In this document: in pieces, positions 11,937 through 25,158 of the stretch
Numbering within the stretch: position 1 is the stretch's first letter
Layout of the letters: every line of letters starts with the position of its first letter
Source: Leucoraja erinacea
Taxonomy: Eukaryota
DNA: 64,000 nt
NCBI RefSeq assembly: GCF_028641065.1
Contig: NC_073385.1
Location: 59,148,001 to 59,212,000 of the forward strand
Direction of reading: 5' to 3'
The notes under the pieces: generated by a model
What the model was told of the DNA's origin: nothing
Databases searched by the model: none
What the model saw: only the letters and a program-made list of their open reading frames with translations
Translations under genes and position numbers: made by a program

Positions 11937-12463
11937 GTAGCGCAGCGGGACACGGGGACAGGGCAGGAGGGAGGAGGAGGAGGAGGAGGGCAGGGAGGGG
12001 TGGGTGGGGAAGGGGAGGAGGGAAATGAGAGTGAGAGGGAGGCGAGGAGGGGGGGGGGGGGAGAAAGGAGGAATGAAGAGGAGAGAAGGCAGGTATGGGA
12101 TACTGAGTTGGATGATCAGCCATGATCACATTGAATGGCGGTGCAGGCTCGAAGGGCCGAATGGCCTACTCCTGCACTTAATTTCTATGTTTCTATGTTT
12201 AAGAGAGAATGAAGAGGGACTTGAGAGGCCTGACTGACCTGCACAACTGGGAAGTGGGGTTAGGCTGTGAGCTGCAACATGGTGGGTCAAAAGGCTGGTT
12301 TGCTGTTTCTCATGGGTTTAGGGATGAGACAGGATGGGGATTGAGCAGATGAAGCCATTCTTACTGCTCCTGATCGCTGGGGATTGACACCAAACGCGGG
12401 TAATAACGATGGTTGTCAGGCCATGGTGTCGGTCGGTCAAACACTTATTTCTGGTTGTTGCAG

Positions 12464-12605
12464 GCTATGTCAGCGCCCGGCTGGAAGAGGAAAAGCCCAT
12501 CTTTTCCAAGCAGAGAATTGACTTCACTCCTCCGAATGATATCACCCACCTCGTGGTGTGTAACAACCAGCTATGCATGAGCATGGGCAAGGACACACTG
12601 CTAAG
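12464..12605 (+). CDS. VPS18: VPS18 coding exon 2
   Basis: ttgcag|GC acceptor; GYVSARLEEEKPIFSKQRIDFTPPNDITHLVVCNNQLCMSMGKDTLLR; donor AG|GTGAGG. Confidence 0.95.
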
Positions 12606-12639
12606 GTGAGGCTCACCCCTCCCTCCCTCCCCCATAGAA

Positions 12640-12970
12640 ACATGTAAAATTATAAAAGGACTGGACAAGCTAGATGCAGGAAAAATATTCCGAATGTTGG
12701 GCCAGTCCAGAACCAGGGGCCACAGTCTTAGAATAAAGGGGAAGCCACTTCAGACTGAGGTGAGAAAAAACTTTTTCACCCAGAGAGTTGTGAATTTGTG
12801 GAATTCTCTGCCACAGAGGGCAGTGGAGGCCAAGTCACTGGATGGATTTTAGAGAGAGTTAGATAGAGCTCTAGGGGCTAGTGGAATCAAGGGATATGGG
12901 GAGAAGGCAGGCACGGGTTATTGATTGGGAACGATCAGCCATGATCACAATGAATGGTGGTTCTATGAAT
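12640..12970 (+). mobile_element. CR1-type LINE 3' fragment in VPS18 intron 2 (another tail at 12080-12200 in intron 1)
   Basis: ttcacccagagagttgtgaatttgtggaattctctgccacagagggcagtggagg...cagccatgatcac. Confidence 0.8.
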
Positions 12971-13340
12971 GCCATGTGTTCCTCATATCCTGCCTCCCAG
13001 AACTGGATGGATATTTTATTTGTAGTGCAAGGAAACTCATTTTTGTATACAGTTCAGTACGTATCACTGTACATCTAAGCACTTGGATACATATTAGATT
13101 AGCTTCTCAGATACAGTACAAGTCTATAGCAATAGTACACTGAGACAATATACAGAGTCACCAGTTTCAAGTCCCAGTTGTAAGTGCAGGGGTCTTGATC
13201 TGACCATGAAGGTCTGTTGTCCTGGCGGCTTTGCAGAGTTGGCCTGGCCAGGCGTAGCCATGTCGTTCTGCAGGCATGTGCTTCCGATTCCAAACTGGGA
13301 CTTCTTCCCAGCTCAACTCTTCTTCTCTTGCCCTCTCCAG

Positions 13341-13432
13341 GATTGATCTTGGAAAACCGGACCAGCCAAACCAGATTGAAGTGGGACGCAAAGATGACGC
13401 TCGGATCCACAAACTGTTCTTGGATCCCTCGG
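13341..13432 (+). CDS. VPS18: VPS18 coding exon 3
   Basis: Polypyrimidine tract + ccag|G; IDLGKPDQPNQIEVGRKDDARIHKLFLDPSG; donor G|GTGAGT. Confidence 0.95.
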
Positions 13433-14077
13433 GTGAGTGGCCGCTGGTTTTGATGCCGTGATGAGCATGTGGACTGCTGCCACTCCTGCTCCAGCAGCAT
13501 GCTGTTTACCAGCTGCTCGTCCACTGTTCGGCCTGAGACGAGTCCCCCCCTCATCCATCCCCCACTCCAAGTCTCCGTACCAACCTCCTCCCGCTGGTCG
13601 CCCCTTCCTCCCCTTTCCCCCTGTGTGGCCTCCTCCCACACTTCCTAGGTCTTGCTGAAGCGTACGCACACCTGGTCTGTCCCATGTCTCAGCTGCCCTG
13701 TGGGAGCGAGGATTTCCGGTTTACCGGATATCATGGTTGACCAAGGATAGATCTTGGTTTATCCAAGGTGAATCACTTTGTCGCTGCTTGGAGCAGCAAC
13801 CATGGTTTATATTGCTTGGACCCAAATGGTCTAAATAGGCAGGAATGCGTATATTTGCAAAGCTAGCATATACTTTGACCTGTCACACTTGGCACGAATG
13901 TGAGCTGTACCACATTAGAGCCAGGCATGTGCTGCTTGAACTGCCCTAGATAGACACAAAGTACTGGAGTAACTCTGTGGGACAGGCAGCATCTCTGGAG
14001 TGAAGGAATAGGCGATGGTTCGGGTTGAGGCCCTTCTTCAGACTGACCTCACTGAGAGCAGTTTTCTCTTGCTGCAG

Positions 14078-15948
14078 GCTCCCATCTCCTGATCAGCCTC
14101 ACCTCCAACGAGTGCCTGTACCTCAGCAGAAACTCCCAGAAGGTGAAGAGCCTGAACCGCTGGAAGGGACACCTGATCGAGAGCATTGGGTGGAACAAAC
14201 ACCTGGGCACGGAGAGCAGCACGGGCCCTATCCTGGCAGGGACCAGCCAGGGGCAGCTGTACGAGGCGGAGATAGCGGTGTCAGAGGAGCGACTGTTCAC
14301 CTCCGGCCCAGACCTGTACTTCAAGAACGTCTACACCCTGGAGGAGGACGGGTGTCCGGCACCGGTCTGCTGCTTGGAGATCGAGCGCAGCACTGATACC
14401 CGCCTCTTCGTCATCGTCACCACCCGCAAGCGGCTGTACCAGTTTGTGGGCAAGGCCCCGGAGAGCTCCGACCCACTCATGTTCCAGCCCATGTTCAGCC
14501 AGTACACCAACACCTTGCCCAGCTTCCAGGAGTTCCCTGCCAGCCTGGGCTACAGCGAGATCTCCTTCTACACCTCCAAGCTGCGCTCCAGCCCCCGGTC
14601 CTTCGCTTGGATGATGGGCAACGGCGTGCTGTACGGCACCGTGGACTTCACCCGGCCTGACTCCCTCCTGAGTGACGTGCAGGTGTGGGAATACTCGGCC
14701 GACATCTCCCCCGAGACTCAGCCTCCCCGGTCCATCGTCCTCACCCAGTTCCATTTCCTGCTGCTGCTGCCCGACAGGGTGAAGGCCGTCTGCACGCTGA
14801 ATGGACAGCTGGTCTTCGAGGACGCCTTCCCCGACAAGTTTGGCCGCGTCCTGCGAATGGTGAAGGACTCGGTGGCCGGGCTGGTGTGGGTCTACACGGA
14901 GAGGGCAGTCTTCCGCTACCACATTCAGAAGGAGTCCCGGGATGTGTGGCAGATGTACATGAACATGGGGAAGTTTGAGCTGGCCAAGGAGTACTGCAAA
15001 GACCGGCCCGAGTGCCTTGACACTGTCCTTGCCAGAGAGGCGGACCACTGCTTCCGAAACAAGAAGTACGTGGAGAGCGCCAAGTACTACGCCCTGACGC
15101 AGAAGTACTTTGAGGAGATTGCTCTGAAGTTCATTGAGGCCAAGCAAGAGGAGGCCCTGAAGGAGTTTCTGCTGAAGAAGCTGAAGAACCTGAAGTTGGA
15201 GGACAGGACGCAGCTGACGTTGTTGGTGACCTGGCTGACTGAGATCTACCTGAACCGGTTGGGCAGGCTGGAGGATGACAAGAGCAAGCGCGGCCAGTTT
15301 GACGCCAGTCGGGAGGAGTTCCGCAAGTTCCTGAGCGGCTCCAAGATAAAGGAGTGCCTGCTGAGCAACCGCTCGATCATCTACGACCTGCTGGCCAGCC
15401 ACGGCAACGTGGAGGACATGGTCTTCTTCTCGGTGGTCATGCAGGACTACGAGCGGGTGGTGGCCCACCACTGCCAACACGACGACCATGCTGCTGCCTT
15501 GGCCGTCATGGCCAAGTGCCAGGACCCCAACCTCTTCTACAAGTTTTCGCCCATCCTCATGCAGCACATTCCCAGGCAGGTGGTGGACGCCTGGATCGAC
15601 ATGAAGAGGAGGCTGGATCCCAAAAGCCTCATCCCGGCGCTGGTCAACTACAGCCAGATGGGCAGCTCGGCCCAGGTGAGCGAGGCCATCCGCTACCTGG
15701 AGTTCTGCGTGCACCAGCTGCAGGTGACGGACCAGGCCATCCACAACTACCTGCTCTCGCTCTACGCCAAGTACAAGCCCAAGGCCCTGCTCTGGTACCT
15801 GGAGCAAGCCGGCTCCAGCGCCCACCACATTCACTACGACCTCAAGTATGCGCTGCGCTTGTGCGCAGAGAACAACCAGAACCAGGCCTGTGTGCACATC
15901 TACAAGACCATGGAGCTGTACGAGGAGGCGGTGGACCACGCGCTCCAG
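14078..15948 (+). CDS. VPS18: VPS18 coding exon 4 (1871 bp; Pep3/Vps18 beta-propeller and alpha-solenoid/clathrin-repeat region)
   Basis: ctgcag|GC acceptor; GSHLLISLTSNECLYL...RWKGHLIESIGWN...ELYEEAVDHALQ; donor CAG|GTATGG; overlaps ORF 14143..16167. Confidence 0.97.
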
Positions 15949-18303
15949 GTATGGGCGGGGAGATTGGCCGGGCCACTGTGCTTATTTCTTTACACAGTCT
16001 ACAATTATGTACCACATTTACCAACCCTGTCATGTCACAAAGCAAGTGTAGCCAACCAGGTGCTCCCCAGGGTACAGATGCCTGACTTACGGACACTACA
16101 GTCGGGCATTTGGGAGACTGGAAATAAACAAAACCAGCGTGTGGGATGGATTCTCTGGTCGCTATAGGGATGCAGGAATTTTGTGCAGGATGGGATAGGG
16201 GGCATTTCCGCATTCCTCCTCTCCCAAGCTGCAACAATCAGGGGCTGAGTGGGCTTGAGCAGAGTTGGGAGCGCTGAGCAGACCCACTCCCTCATTCACT
16301 GAATCCATGAAGCCGGCCGGCTGGTGGCCGCTGTTCCCACGTCTGCTCGCTCTCCCAGCAGACCTGTGTCTCTGGTCCTCTACCACACACTGATTTTATT
16401 CATTTCCAACTCGTAGAAAGTTCTCAGGGACAGAACTATGACACAACCCGAGGAGTGTCTAGAAAATAATGTTGGACTATATTTGTTATGATAACGTGGG
16501 AAGCAAAGCCGGAAATGTACACACTTCCTATGCGTATTTCTTGAGATTTCCGAGTGACCAGACCAGTAATTATGTCATCTGAGGGATGTATCTTGGGAGG
16601 ACATCCCTGCTCTTCAGAATAGTGCCGTCAAATCTTCTACACTCACTTCCCAGGGCAGGGATGTACAAATCGCTGTTGCTGCCTGGTTCCCATGTGCTGG
16701 TTTAGTGCAAGAAAGGTTTATATTACATTGAGGAAACATTATTTTAAAAAGTTATCAAGGCTAATTAATCCTTTGAGGATTAAGGACTTGTCCAGGTACT
16801 GATACAATCTAGATTTTCTTTCAAACTCTGTTCTCAATGCAGCAAATAAATTTGCACCCTCCAGTTCTAATATCATTTGCGACAGTGCCCAGGATTTTGA
16901 AAGAAGGGTCTCGGCCCGAAGCCATTCCTTCTCTCCGGAAATGCTGCCTGTCCCGGAGCATTTTGTGTCTATCTTGAATTTGCAGACTGTAGCTAGGAGT
17001 CTAGGTAGGTCTGGGAGAGGAGAATCTAGTCGCATTGATGGAGGGTCAAGAGCCAGGGAGCACGGAACAACGGTGATTGGTACATGTTGAGGCCAGGTAT
17101 CAAATGCTAACAACTGCAACAATTCCTCTGGCCTTACATTTAATGTCAAAGTTGGGAGAGAATTTCTGCCGTAACTGGTGCAGTGAGCCAGCTTGTTGGG
17201 TCCACCTCTCCTACACTGTGGATCGCAGGTGCGTGCGCTTATTTTCTCTTCGGCATTTGCTGGTTTAGTTTATTTACAATTGAATTCTTGTAACCTTGCA
17301 GTTTAAGTTGCAGCGATAGGTCGGTAGCCCTTATCTTCCAGGTGATTGCTATTCCCTCCCCCTCCCTTCGCCTGTCCTCCCAAGTTCTAGATTCCCCCAC
17401 AAGATTAAACAATGTTTCAACTTCCACTTCATCACATCCCTCAAATCACAGGTTTCACTGGTTCATTCGTCTTTGTTCCAGATCTTCACCTGTCGCACCT
17501 TCCTCCCTGTTAACAGTGCATGCATATCCCTCCATAAATATGGTCATGACTGGGGTGCTGTGAGTTGGATTTGTGCTGAGACTTTCTCTTTACCACTTCA
17601 CGTCCTCTTTACAATAAAGACCAATGATCCATTCCCCTTCCCAAGGGATTTGTTGCCGTACAGAGGAACATTTCCTCCACTGTGGGAAATACTTCGCAAG
17701 GGAAGGAGGCAGTTTCAGGGCAGATGCTCGTGAGCACTTCATCTTGAGGGAAGTTGGAACACTTTTTCTCAAACTGATACTGAGGCCGGCCGTCAGTTGA
17801 CAACCTCTGAAGTGAGACTTTGAACTTTATTCGGCAATGCTATAAAACCCACACAACCAAGGTAGACAAACCCAGAAAAAAAAGCGCACAGTGCTAGAGT
17901 AACTCAGCAGGTCAGGCAGCATTTGTGAAGGACAGATAAATGACCCTTTTTGGTTGGGACCCTTCTTCATACTGATGCTGCCTGATCCTCTGAATTACTC
18001 CAGCACGTTGTTTCTTATTTCGAAAGCAGCATCTGCAGTTCCTTGTGTCAAGATAAACAAAGATCCAGGTCAGCAATGTTCGAATGAAAGGCAAGTTGAC
18101 TGGGGTGATGACGTGTGTCATTGTTGGACACAATTTTGCATGAAGTCGGTTGGAGAGGAAAACTTACTGGATTCATGGGCAGGTTGGGGTCTAATTGGCC
18201 TGGTGTGTAGGGCATGGTTTGAAGAGTTTACTTGCTTGGCCCGTATGCCTGGATGCTCGCTGTTCTGCCTGCCCAAGGCTTACTGATGGATTTCTGGTTA
18301 CAG

Positions 18304-19023
18304 ATGGACGTGGATCTTGCCAAGTCATGTGCGGACATGCCGGAGGATGATGAGGAGCTCCGTAAGAAGCTGTGGCTGAAGATCGCCCGGCATGTGGTCC
18401 AGGAGGAGAAGGACGTGAAGAAAGCCATGGTGTGTCTGTCCAGCTGCAACCTGCTGAAGATAGAGGACATTCTGCCGTTCTTCCCCAACTTTGTCACCAT
18501 TGACCATTTCAAGGAGGCCATCTGCAGCTCCCTGCAGGAGTACAACAAGCACATTGACGAGCTCAAGCAGGAGATGGAGGAGGCGACGGAGAGCGCCAAG
18601 CGCATCCGCGAAGACATCCAGGAAATGAGGAACAAATACGGGGTGGTGGAGTCGCAGGAGAAATGTGCGTCCTGTGACTTCCCGCTGTTGAACCGTCCCT
18701 TCTACCTGTTCCTGTGCGGCCACATGTTCCACTCAGACTGCCTGCAGCAGGAGGTGGTCCCGCACTTCTCTCCCTTCAAACAGGCCAGGCTGGAGGAGCT
18801 GCAGAGAAGACTGGCAGCCGTGGGGCAGGCAAAATCCCGACAGCGCAGCAAGGAAGCAGAGACCAGCGACCGGGGCCAGCAGTCCCGCGATCAGATCAAA
18901 TCAGACATCGACGATCTGGTGGCAGCTGAATGTGTCTACTGTGGAGAACTGATGATTAAATCAATAGACAAGCCATTTATTGACCCACAGAGATGTGAGG
19001 AGGAGAACAACAGCTGGTTGTAA
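18304..19023 (+). CDS. VPS18: VPS18 coding exon 5 (coiled coil and C-terminal RING-H2), ends at TAA
   Basis: ttacag|ATG; MDVDLAKSCADMPEDDEELRKKLWLKIARHVV...KCASCDFPLLNRPFYLFLCGHMFHSDC...ECVYCGELMIKSIDKPFID..SWL*; total CDS 2937 nt, 978 aa. Confidence 0.97.
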   Translation: MDVDLAKSCADMPEDDEELRKKLWLKIARHVVQEEKDVKKAMVCLSSCNLLKIEDILPFFPNFVTIDHFKEAICSSLQEYNKHIDELKQEMEEATESAKRIREDIQEMRNKYGVVESQEKCASCDFPLLNRPFYLFLCGHMFHSDCLQQEVVPHFSPFKQARLEELQRRLAAVGQAKSRQRSKEAETSDRGQQSRDQIKSDIDDLVAAECVYCGELMIKSIDKPFIDPQRCEEENNSWL

Positions 19024-19160
19024 GTGTGTCCCCGATGTACATTAACGTCCTTCTCTATCGGGCTGCTTCCTACCGGGTGCCTCAGGTCCCAGGAGTTCAG
19101 TCCTATGCAAGTGTGATTTATGCTTCTGCTCTGCAGCTTGTGTGGCTGCCTCCAGTAGCA

Positions 19161-19166
19161 AATAAA
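19161..19166 (+). terminator. VPS18 polyadenylation signal
   Basis: AATAAA about 140 nt after the stop codon, followed by GT-rich sequence. Confidence 0.65.
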
Positions 19167-20836
19167 GCTGAGCTTGTTGCACTGTGAAAGATTGTGTGCT
19201 CATTCTCTATCGCTTGTGCAGCTGAAACTTTAAGGGGTGGCGATGTTTGCGTTAATGGACTGTTCCAGGAGTTGGATGCTGTTCTTGGGGGTTGGAGAGA
19301 GCAAGGAATGTGGGGAGAAAGCTGGACAGGACTTTACACTTCCTCGATGCCTCTCGTGTAACTGTTAATATTTTCTTTAAAACAACTGTAACTGGTAACA
19401 TGTTCTTTAATACAACACCATTTAGCAAGATAAATTAACAAATAAATTAACTCTGAAAATGGTGTTCAGTGTAACACAATTCATTGAAGAGTGAAATGGG
19501 TCTCTGGCCCAGCATGACTTTTAGCTGAACACATGATCATGCAGGAAATGGAAGGATATATGGATCATGTGCAGGCAGTTTATCTTGGTATCATATCTGG
19601 TACAGACATTGTGGGTCGAAGGGCCTGTTTGTGTGCTACACTGCCCTATGACTCTTCAATTAGTGCCGGTCTCTGCTCTTTCCCCACAGCTTCTTTCAAC
19701 TGTGCATTCATTAGTTAGGATACAATTCAGATATCTGCACAAACGCAAGATTCCACAAGTACCTTTGCCCCTTCGTCAGGAATTGAAATCCGCCCTGGTT
19801 ACAAACTTTGTCAGCGGGATCAGTTTCTTCCCCTCTGACCAAACCACTTTCTCACTATCATTCTTACTCTGTTTCACAATTTCATAGCAGTATTTTAATC
19901 AGAATGACACGGATCCTGTGTGATCATAATAAATGTTGCCTAGTATACGCGTGGCAAAGCCCACACTGCACTGAGCGTTGGGCTCCATGGTCAATGGAAA
20001 CATCCTTGCTGGATCAATAATTGTGTAAGCTTCAACTCTCTCTTCCAATCTCTGGTGTTACATCGACTGGATTAAGGAGGGCAGGGCAGGTGATGCGCTG
20101 ATGGAGACACAAGAGACTGCAGGTGTTGGAGCCTGGATAAAAAGGTAGAGCTGCTGGAGGAACTCAGTGGGTCAGGCAGCATCGGTGTAGTGAAATGGAC
20201 TAAAGAATAAAGTGGAAGTAGCCAGTATAGAAGTGGAGGACAAGGGGTGGGTCAAGAGCTGGCAAGCAATAGATCAATCCAGGTGAGGAGATGTTGACTG
20301 GTAGGTTAGACTCAGGAGGAGGAGGGAAGGGTGTCAATAGGAATAGGGGCTAGGTGGGGATATGTAGAGATAACAAAAATCTGATAGGTAAGGAGGGTGA
20401 AGAGTGGAACCAAATAAGGAGACAGTGGAAGATTGGAACAACAGGGAGTGGAGCACAGCGTCCAGTGGGAGGAGTGTGTTGTTGAAGGGTAGGTGGGGCA
20501 GGGAAAGAAACGGGCAGTTGGGCCTGGAAGTTATCATGGGAACATGTTGGAGCTGATGAGAGTCAGGGGAACCAGAACATTGACACAGGACTTTGGAGAT
20601 TGTAGCATTCCTACAATGGTGGGGGCTTTCTTGTAGTGAACTGCTCCATCTTGGGGAAAGCAATTGCATTGAGCCTTGTTGCAGCAGCCAATGGGGAATA
20701 GTTCATTATGCAGGGGATGTTTCATGGGTCGGGCCCGTACATGCAGCCACAGTACCCGGCGTCTGCTCCCAGTTAGTGCTCCTTCCTGCCACCTGTTTGC
20801 AAAAGTAAACTCCAAGACTAGTTCATCATTTCAATC

Positions 20837-20842
20837 TTTATT
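20837..20842 (-). terminator. Probable HAUS2 polyadenylation signal
   Basis: TTTATT on + (AATAAA on -) about 700 nt past the stop, at the edge of unique sequence. Confidence 0.5.
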
Positions 20843-21548
20843 TACAAATTAGTGACACTCCGGTCAATATCTGATAATGGGCAAGTGTAGAAACTTTCCT
20901 TGGAGATCTGCAAGGTACATTAAAAAAATAAAGGATATACGGTACTTTGTACTTTTTGGGCTTTGTCCGATAGAGATGTGTTGATAGCCTCACACTGATT
21001 CGTCCATAGTAACAGTAGATGGTGTTGAGAGAAAGGGGTAGAGCTGAAGGGTCAGTGTCCTCTTCTGCTCACAGGTGTTGGCATTCTTAGTGTGATGGTG
21101 GAGGCCATTCATCAGTGCACTTGCTTGCTGTTATGGCATCCACTCTACAAGATGTTGCACGAATGGATGATGGGAAAGGTGGAGTGTTTGTGGCTCTGGT
21201 CTGGCCTCTGTTTGGGCCGACACTGGTTATCTGACGTATCTCCCCCAACCAGCTTGCATCTAAGTGAGAAGAGGCAAATGCCAGCACAATAAAACACGCT
21301 GGCAGCTTAAGGAAGGGCGAACGATCCATGCTCAGATCATCTCCCCTCACAGGCACCCAAGGTTTCTAGTGTTGAGTCCAACATTTCCACAACCATCATT
21401 CAAGGAAACAGTTGAGTGGTCAGCCAGTCACAAGGACCAGTTGACATCCATTGGGAGCTGGTAAATTCAAATACAAAGACACGTTTTACAAACAGCCGGC
21501 TTCTCTGCGTGGAAGTGCCTTCCTGACGAGAAAGGTGGTTTATCCCGT

Positions 21549-21662
21549 TCATTGCATGTATTCCAAACTGACAGTCTTCTGCTGATCCCTCCACTTCAGG
21601 ATCAATTCCAGCACTCGCTTCAGCTCCAGTATCACAGATGTAAATTTGTCCCCCAGATCTGT
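21549..21662 (-). CDS. HAUS2: HAUS2 coding exon 6, ends at TGA
   Basis: gtttag|ACA; TDLGDKFTSVILELKRVLELILKWRDQQKTVSLEYMQ* (conserved ILKWRxQQ); total CDS 621 nt, 206 aa. Confidence 0.85.
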   Translation of the reverse strand, partial: TDLGDKFTSVILELKRVLELILKWRDQQKTVSLEYMQ

Positions 21663-21699
21663 CTAAACATACAACAGATCATCATCATATAAAATTCAT

Positions 21700-22054
21700 G
21701 TATCATATATACTTCAAGTAACCCTTGCTTTCCCCCTCTCTCCATCCCCTCCCCTTTCCTCGTTCCCCGATCAGTCTTGCTGTCTCCGACTGCATTTTAT
21801 CTCTGCTTTATTGTTACCTTCTCCCAACTAATGATCTGTTCTACATGCTCCTTGATCTCCATTCCCTTTAGTCATTTCACACCTTACACTTCCTTATCTG
21901 TGTACCTCCCACTCCCCTGACATCAGTCTGAAGAAGGGTCTTGACCCAAAACGTCACCCATTCCTTCTCCCCAGAGATGCTGGCTGTTCCGCTGAGTTAC
22001 TCCAGAATTTTGTGCCTATCTTTGATTTAAACCAGCATCTGCAGTTCACCCCTA
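21700..22054 (+). mobile_element. Penelope-derived element with decayed hammerhead core, HAUS2 intron 5
   Basis: CTGAAGA at 21928, GAAA changed to AAAA; family tail; flanked by CATCATCATATA repeats. Confidence 0.65.
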
Positions 22055-22849
22055 CATCATCATATATATATCTATATATATATATTTGTTTACTGCATCT
22101 CTATTATTCACTCGCTGATGGATATCAATGCTGGAAGTAGAAAAAGTGATTTATTTATTGTACTAATGTTTGTGCTAAATATTTCTGGGGCAGCTACAGT
22201 ACATGGAATACTTTCATCAAGCATTTTCAGAACACACAGTGCAAAGGTTATTTAGTGTACACTTGTACCCACTACACTGCCCCAAGTACACCCAGGTCAG
22301 TTACAGTGCAAAGGTACCTCTACAATAGTCCAAATACCCCCAGGTTAGTTACAGTGTAAAACTCCCCTCTGCCCAAATACTCCTCAGATAGATGCTGCAT
22401 GGGTTAGTTACTGAATAAAGCTTCCGCTACACTGGCCCGCATCCTCCAAGGATTGTTGAAGCTCCCTGTAGATGGTTTATGCATGAAACCTATAATGTAG
22501 CTACCTCATCACCATTAACACGCCCTCTCATATCAGTATAACTATGATCTCCTCCCCTCCCCTCCTCCCATTTTTGTCCTGGTACGCCTGAAGGCTGGGT
22601 GCAGCCAGTGCTGGGACGTGTGTGCCATGTGCTATAATAAAGACTCTAGTAAAGGTTACAGTGTGTCAGACTAAGTCCCTTTACACTTCAGACTCTCGCT
22701 TTACCCTGCATGATAAAGTGACGGGGAAAAGGAAGAGGTGGGCACACAGGGTTGCATCCCAGTTGTGCTGTTAAATTGGGTATGGAAAAGGAAAACTAAG
22801 AGGGGGAAAAAATTGCAAATATGCTTGGAAATGTCTTTGAGTCACTTAC

Positions 22850-22958
22850 CATCAGCTTAACTTTCAGCGGCAACAGTGGGATGGATTTCATAAATTGCAG
22901 ATAAGTGTCAAGTTTCTCGATAACTTGAACTGTGATTGTCAGCAGCTCGCAGACGTAT
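22850..22958 (-). CDS. HAUS2: HAUS2 coding exon 5
   Basis: ctccag|A; YVCELLTITVQVIEKLDTYLQFMKSIPLLPLKVKLM; donor ATG|GTAAGT. Confidence 0.88.
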
Positions 22959-24592
22959 CTGGAGGACAACGAATATGGTGAGGAAGAAGGCAGGACAGCA
23001 GCGGAAGGGCTGATTCCTGTGAAAGCTTGACATTAATTATTGTCTCCGTGTTAACCCAAACCCCACAGGAACGGAGAGCGAGCGTTGATATTTTAAAATG
23101 TGCCCACTAAGAGAAAACCTAGGGTGCTCCAATCTGTTGCCCATCAGCTGTTTAGGAAAATACAAAACAGTGTGGAGTAAACAGGAACTCTGATGTCAGA
23201 TGCAGAGCACTTAAGTTGGCAGGTTGCCTCAAGGAGTGACGCAGCTGAATGGCACCAGGAAGAAGCAAGTTTTATGGCAAAAAAGAGAAAGCGAGAAAAG
23301 ATATCAGCAACACGATCAAGGTGAAACTACACAGGTTGTGTAAACGTACAAAAGACCAATTGAGAATGGATTAGGTCCTGTTCAAGACTAAAAAAAATAA
23401 ATTACATGCATCAAGTTGAGTCGAGTTTATTCTCATATGCACAAATACACCGAGCTAGAGGTAAAATGAAAACCTGTTGCAGCAGGATCGAAGGCACAGA
23501 CTCAGGAATATTCTATCAGACAGTGAAAAGAAAAAGTTTGCCAAAAAGACAGTGCAAAACAACATGAAAGTCAGTGGTAGTGCAAGAGGTGGTGTGTTGT
23601 GCTGTTGAGGTAAGATTAGGCATGTTCAGGTCGATCAAGAATATAAACCTTGCACCTGTCTTTACAGATGAGTGCAGCAATAAGCTCATTGTAGTTAATG
23701 GCAATATATTGAATCAGATGACCACAAATAAAAGTCTGCTGCATTTAAACTTAGTTGCAGGCAGGAATGAGTGAAATGTTTCGCAGAACGCTATGAGGAA
23801 GGAAGGAACTGGTGGAGGTTCACCTCATCGTTTTCCAGTCCGATCTGGTTATAAGAGTGGTGTCAGACAACTTCAAGTGTGGCTCTTTGTTTTAAAAAAA
23901 AAAGGAAGGACATAAACTGAATATATACATATCAGTCAGCAGAACTTTGAGGAATATGGCAAAAATAAAAATTGAGCGACAGGATTATCATTTTTAAGAA
24001 GGAGAGAGCAACAGGAGGAGCTGTCGATGCTGAAATCATGTGTCAAGCACAGTCACCCAGTGGGTCAGGCAGCATCTTTGGAGGATGTACTCTAGGGATT
24101 TTTAGCCCCTCAAAAAATTCAATCATCCTGCCCTTAACAAATCCTATCCTTCCCACATAATTACATCCTGCCGCACACTTTTTTGGTATTACTGCTTGGC
24201 TTTTTAATTAAGGTGGCAGGCAAGACCAAAGTTTAATGTCTTATCTCAAAGACATCATCGCCGACAACAACATCTGTGAAAATGATTGAAAAAGGGTCTG
24301 GTTTATGTATTACGTAGGCCTGGACATGAGGAGCTGGGGAACAGATGTGAGATTGAGTGGCCCTACTGCGGGACTGAATGATGCTATGATTGCAGCAGAG
24401 AACTATACTACTCTCAGCCAAACTCTCTTGTGGACTCAGACAGAAAGGTGTAATGCTGCTCAAGACGTTACAGTAAAAGCAGAGTGAAATGTCTTCAGAT
24501 GGTCAGCAATCCTGTTGCACATTTTGTGTGCAAGGTGCTCCAAAGTGTCCTAAAGATGCTCCAAGCACCAGTACACAAGACTTTCAGCTCAC

Positions 24593-24725
24593 CTGTGACA
24601 GTTGGCTTCAACAGGCAGGCACTGATGACAAATAGGCTTCACCAATCGCTGTTTCAGCATTGTCTTCTCCTGTACGATCCTCTCCAGGTGGCTGTTCATC
24701 AGCTGGAGATTTCTGTATTTCTTGG
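24593..24725 (-). CDS. HAUS2: HAUS2 coding exon 4
   Basis: tgtcag|CC; AKKYRNLQLMNSHLERIVQEKTMLKQRLVKPICHQCLPVEANCHR; donor AG|GTGAGC. Confidence 0.92.
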
Positions 24726-25064
24726 CTGACAATACAATAAAACAGTATGTCAAAAATCTGCACACTTCTGTACCTCTTGCCTGATGGTAGAGGGGAGAAG
24801 AGGAAGTATTTGGGGTGAGATGGGTCCTTGATTATGCTGGTGCCCTTGCCAAGGCAGCATGAAGTGTAGGTTGGTTTGTGTCCGCATTGGCAGCATGAAG
24901 GGTAGGTTGGTTTGTGTCTGCATTGAGGTAGGTTGGGAAATCAGGAATACACCATTACTTATGGGATGACCGTTCAGTCGTTTGGTGGTGCGTGCTTTCA
25001 AGATTATGTACCTTCTGCTGATGGGAGAGGAAAGATGGAATAACCGGGGTTAAAATGGTTTTTG

Positions 25065-25158
25065 GGTACACAAAATTGCTGGAGAAACTCAACGGGTGCA
25101 GCAGCATCTATGGAGCGAAGGAAATAGGCGACGTTTCGGGCCGAAACCCTTCTTCAGA
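25065..25158 (-). mobile_element. 94-bp hammerhead mini-element inserted in a Rex1-type fragment (~24990-25760, -)
   Basis: Minus strand TCTGAAGAAGGGTTTCGGCCCGAAACGTC...GTACC; 15-bp TSD TTAAAATGGTT(T/C)TTG at 25050-25064 and 25159-25173. Confidence 0.85.

Noticed and set aside
14281-15939. 552-aa antisense ORF and 243-aa alternative-frame ORF over VPS18 exon 4
   Set aside because: Expected by-product of very high GC3 codon usage; no recognisable protein
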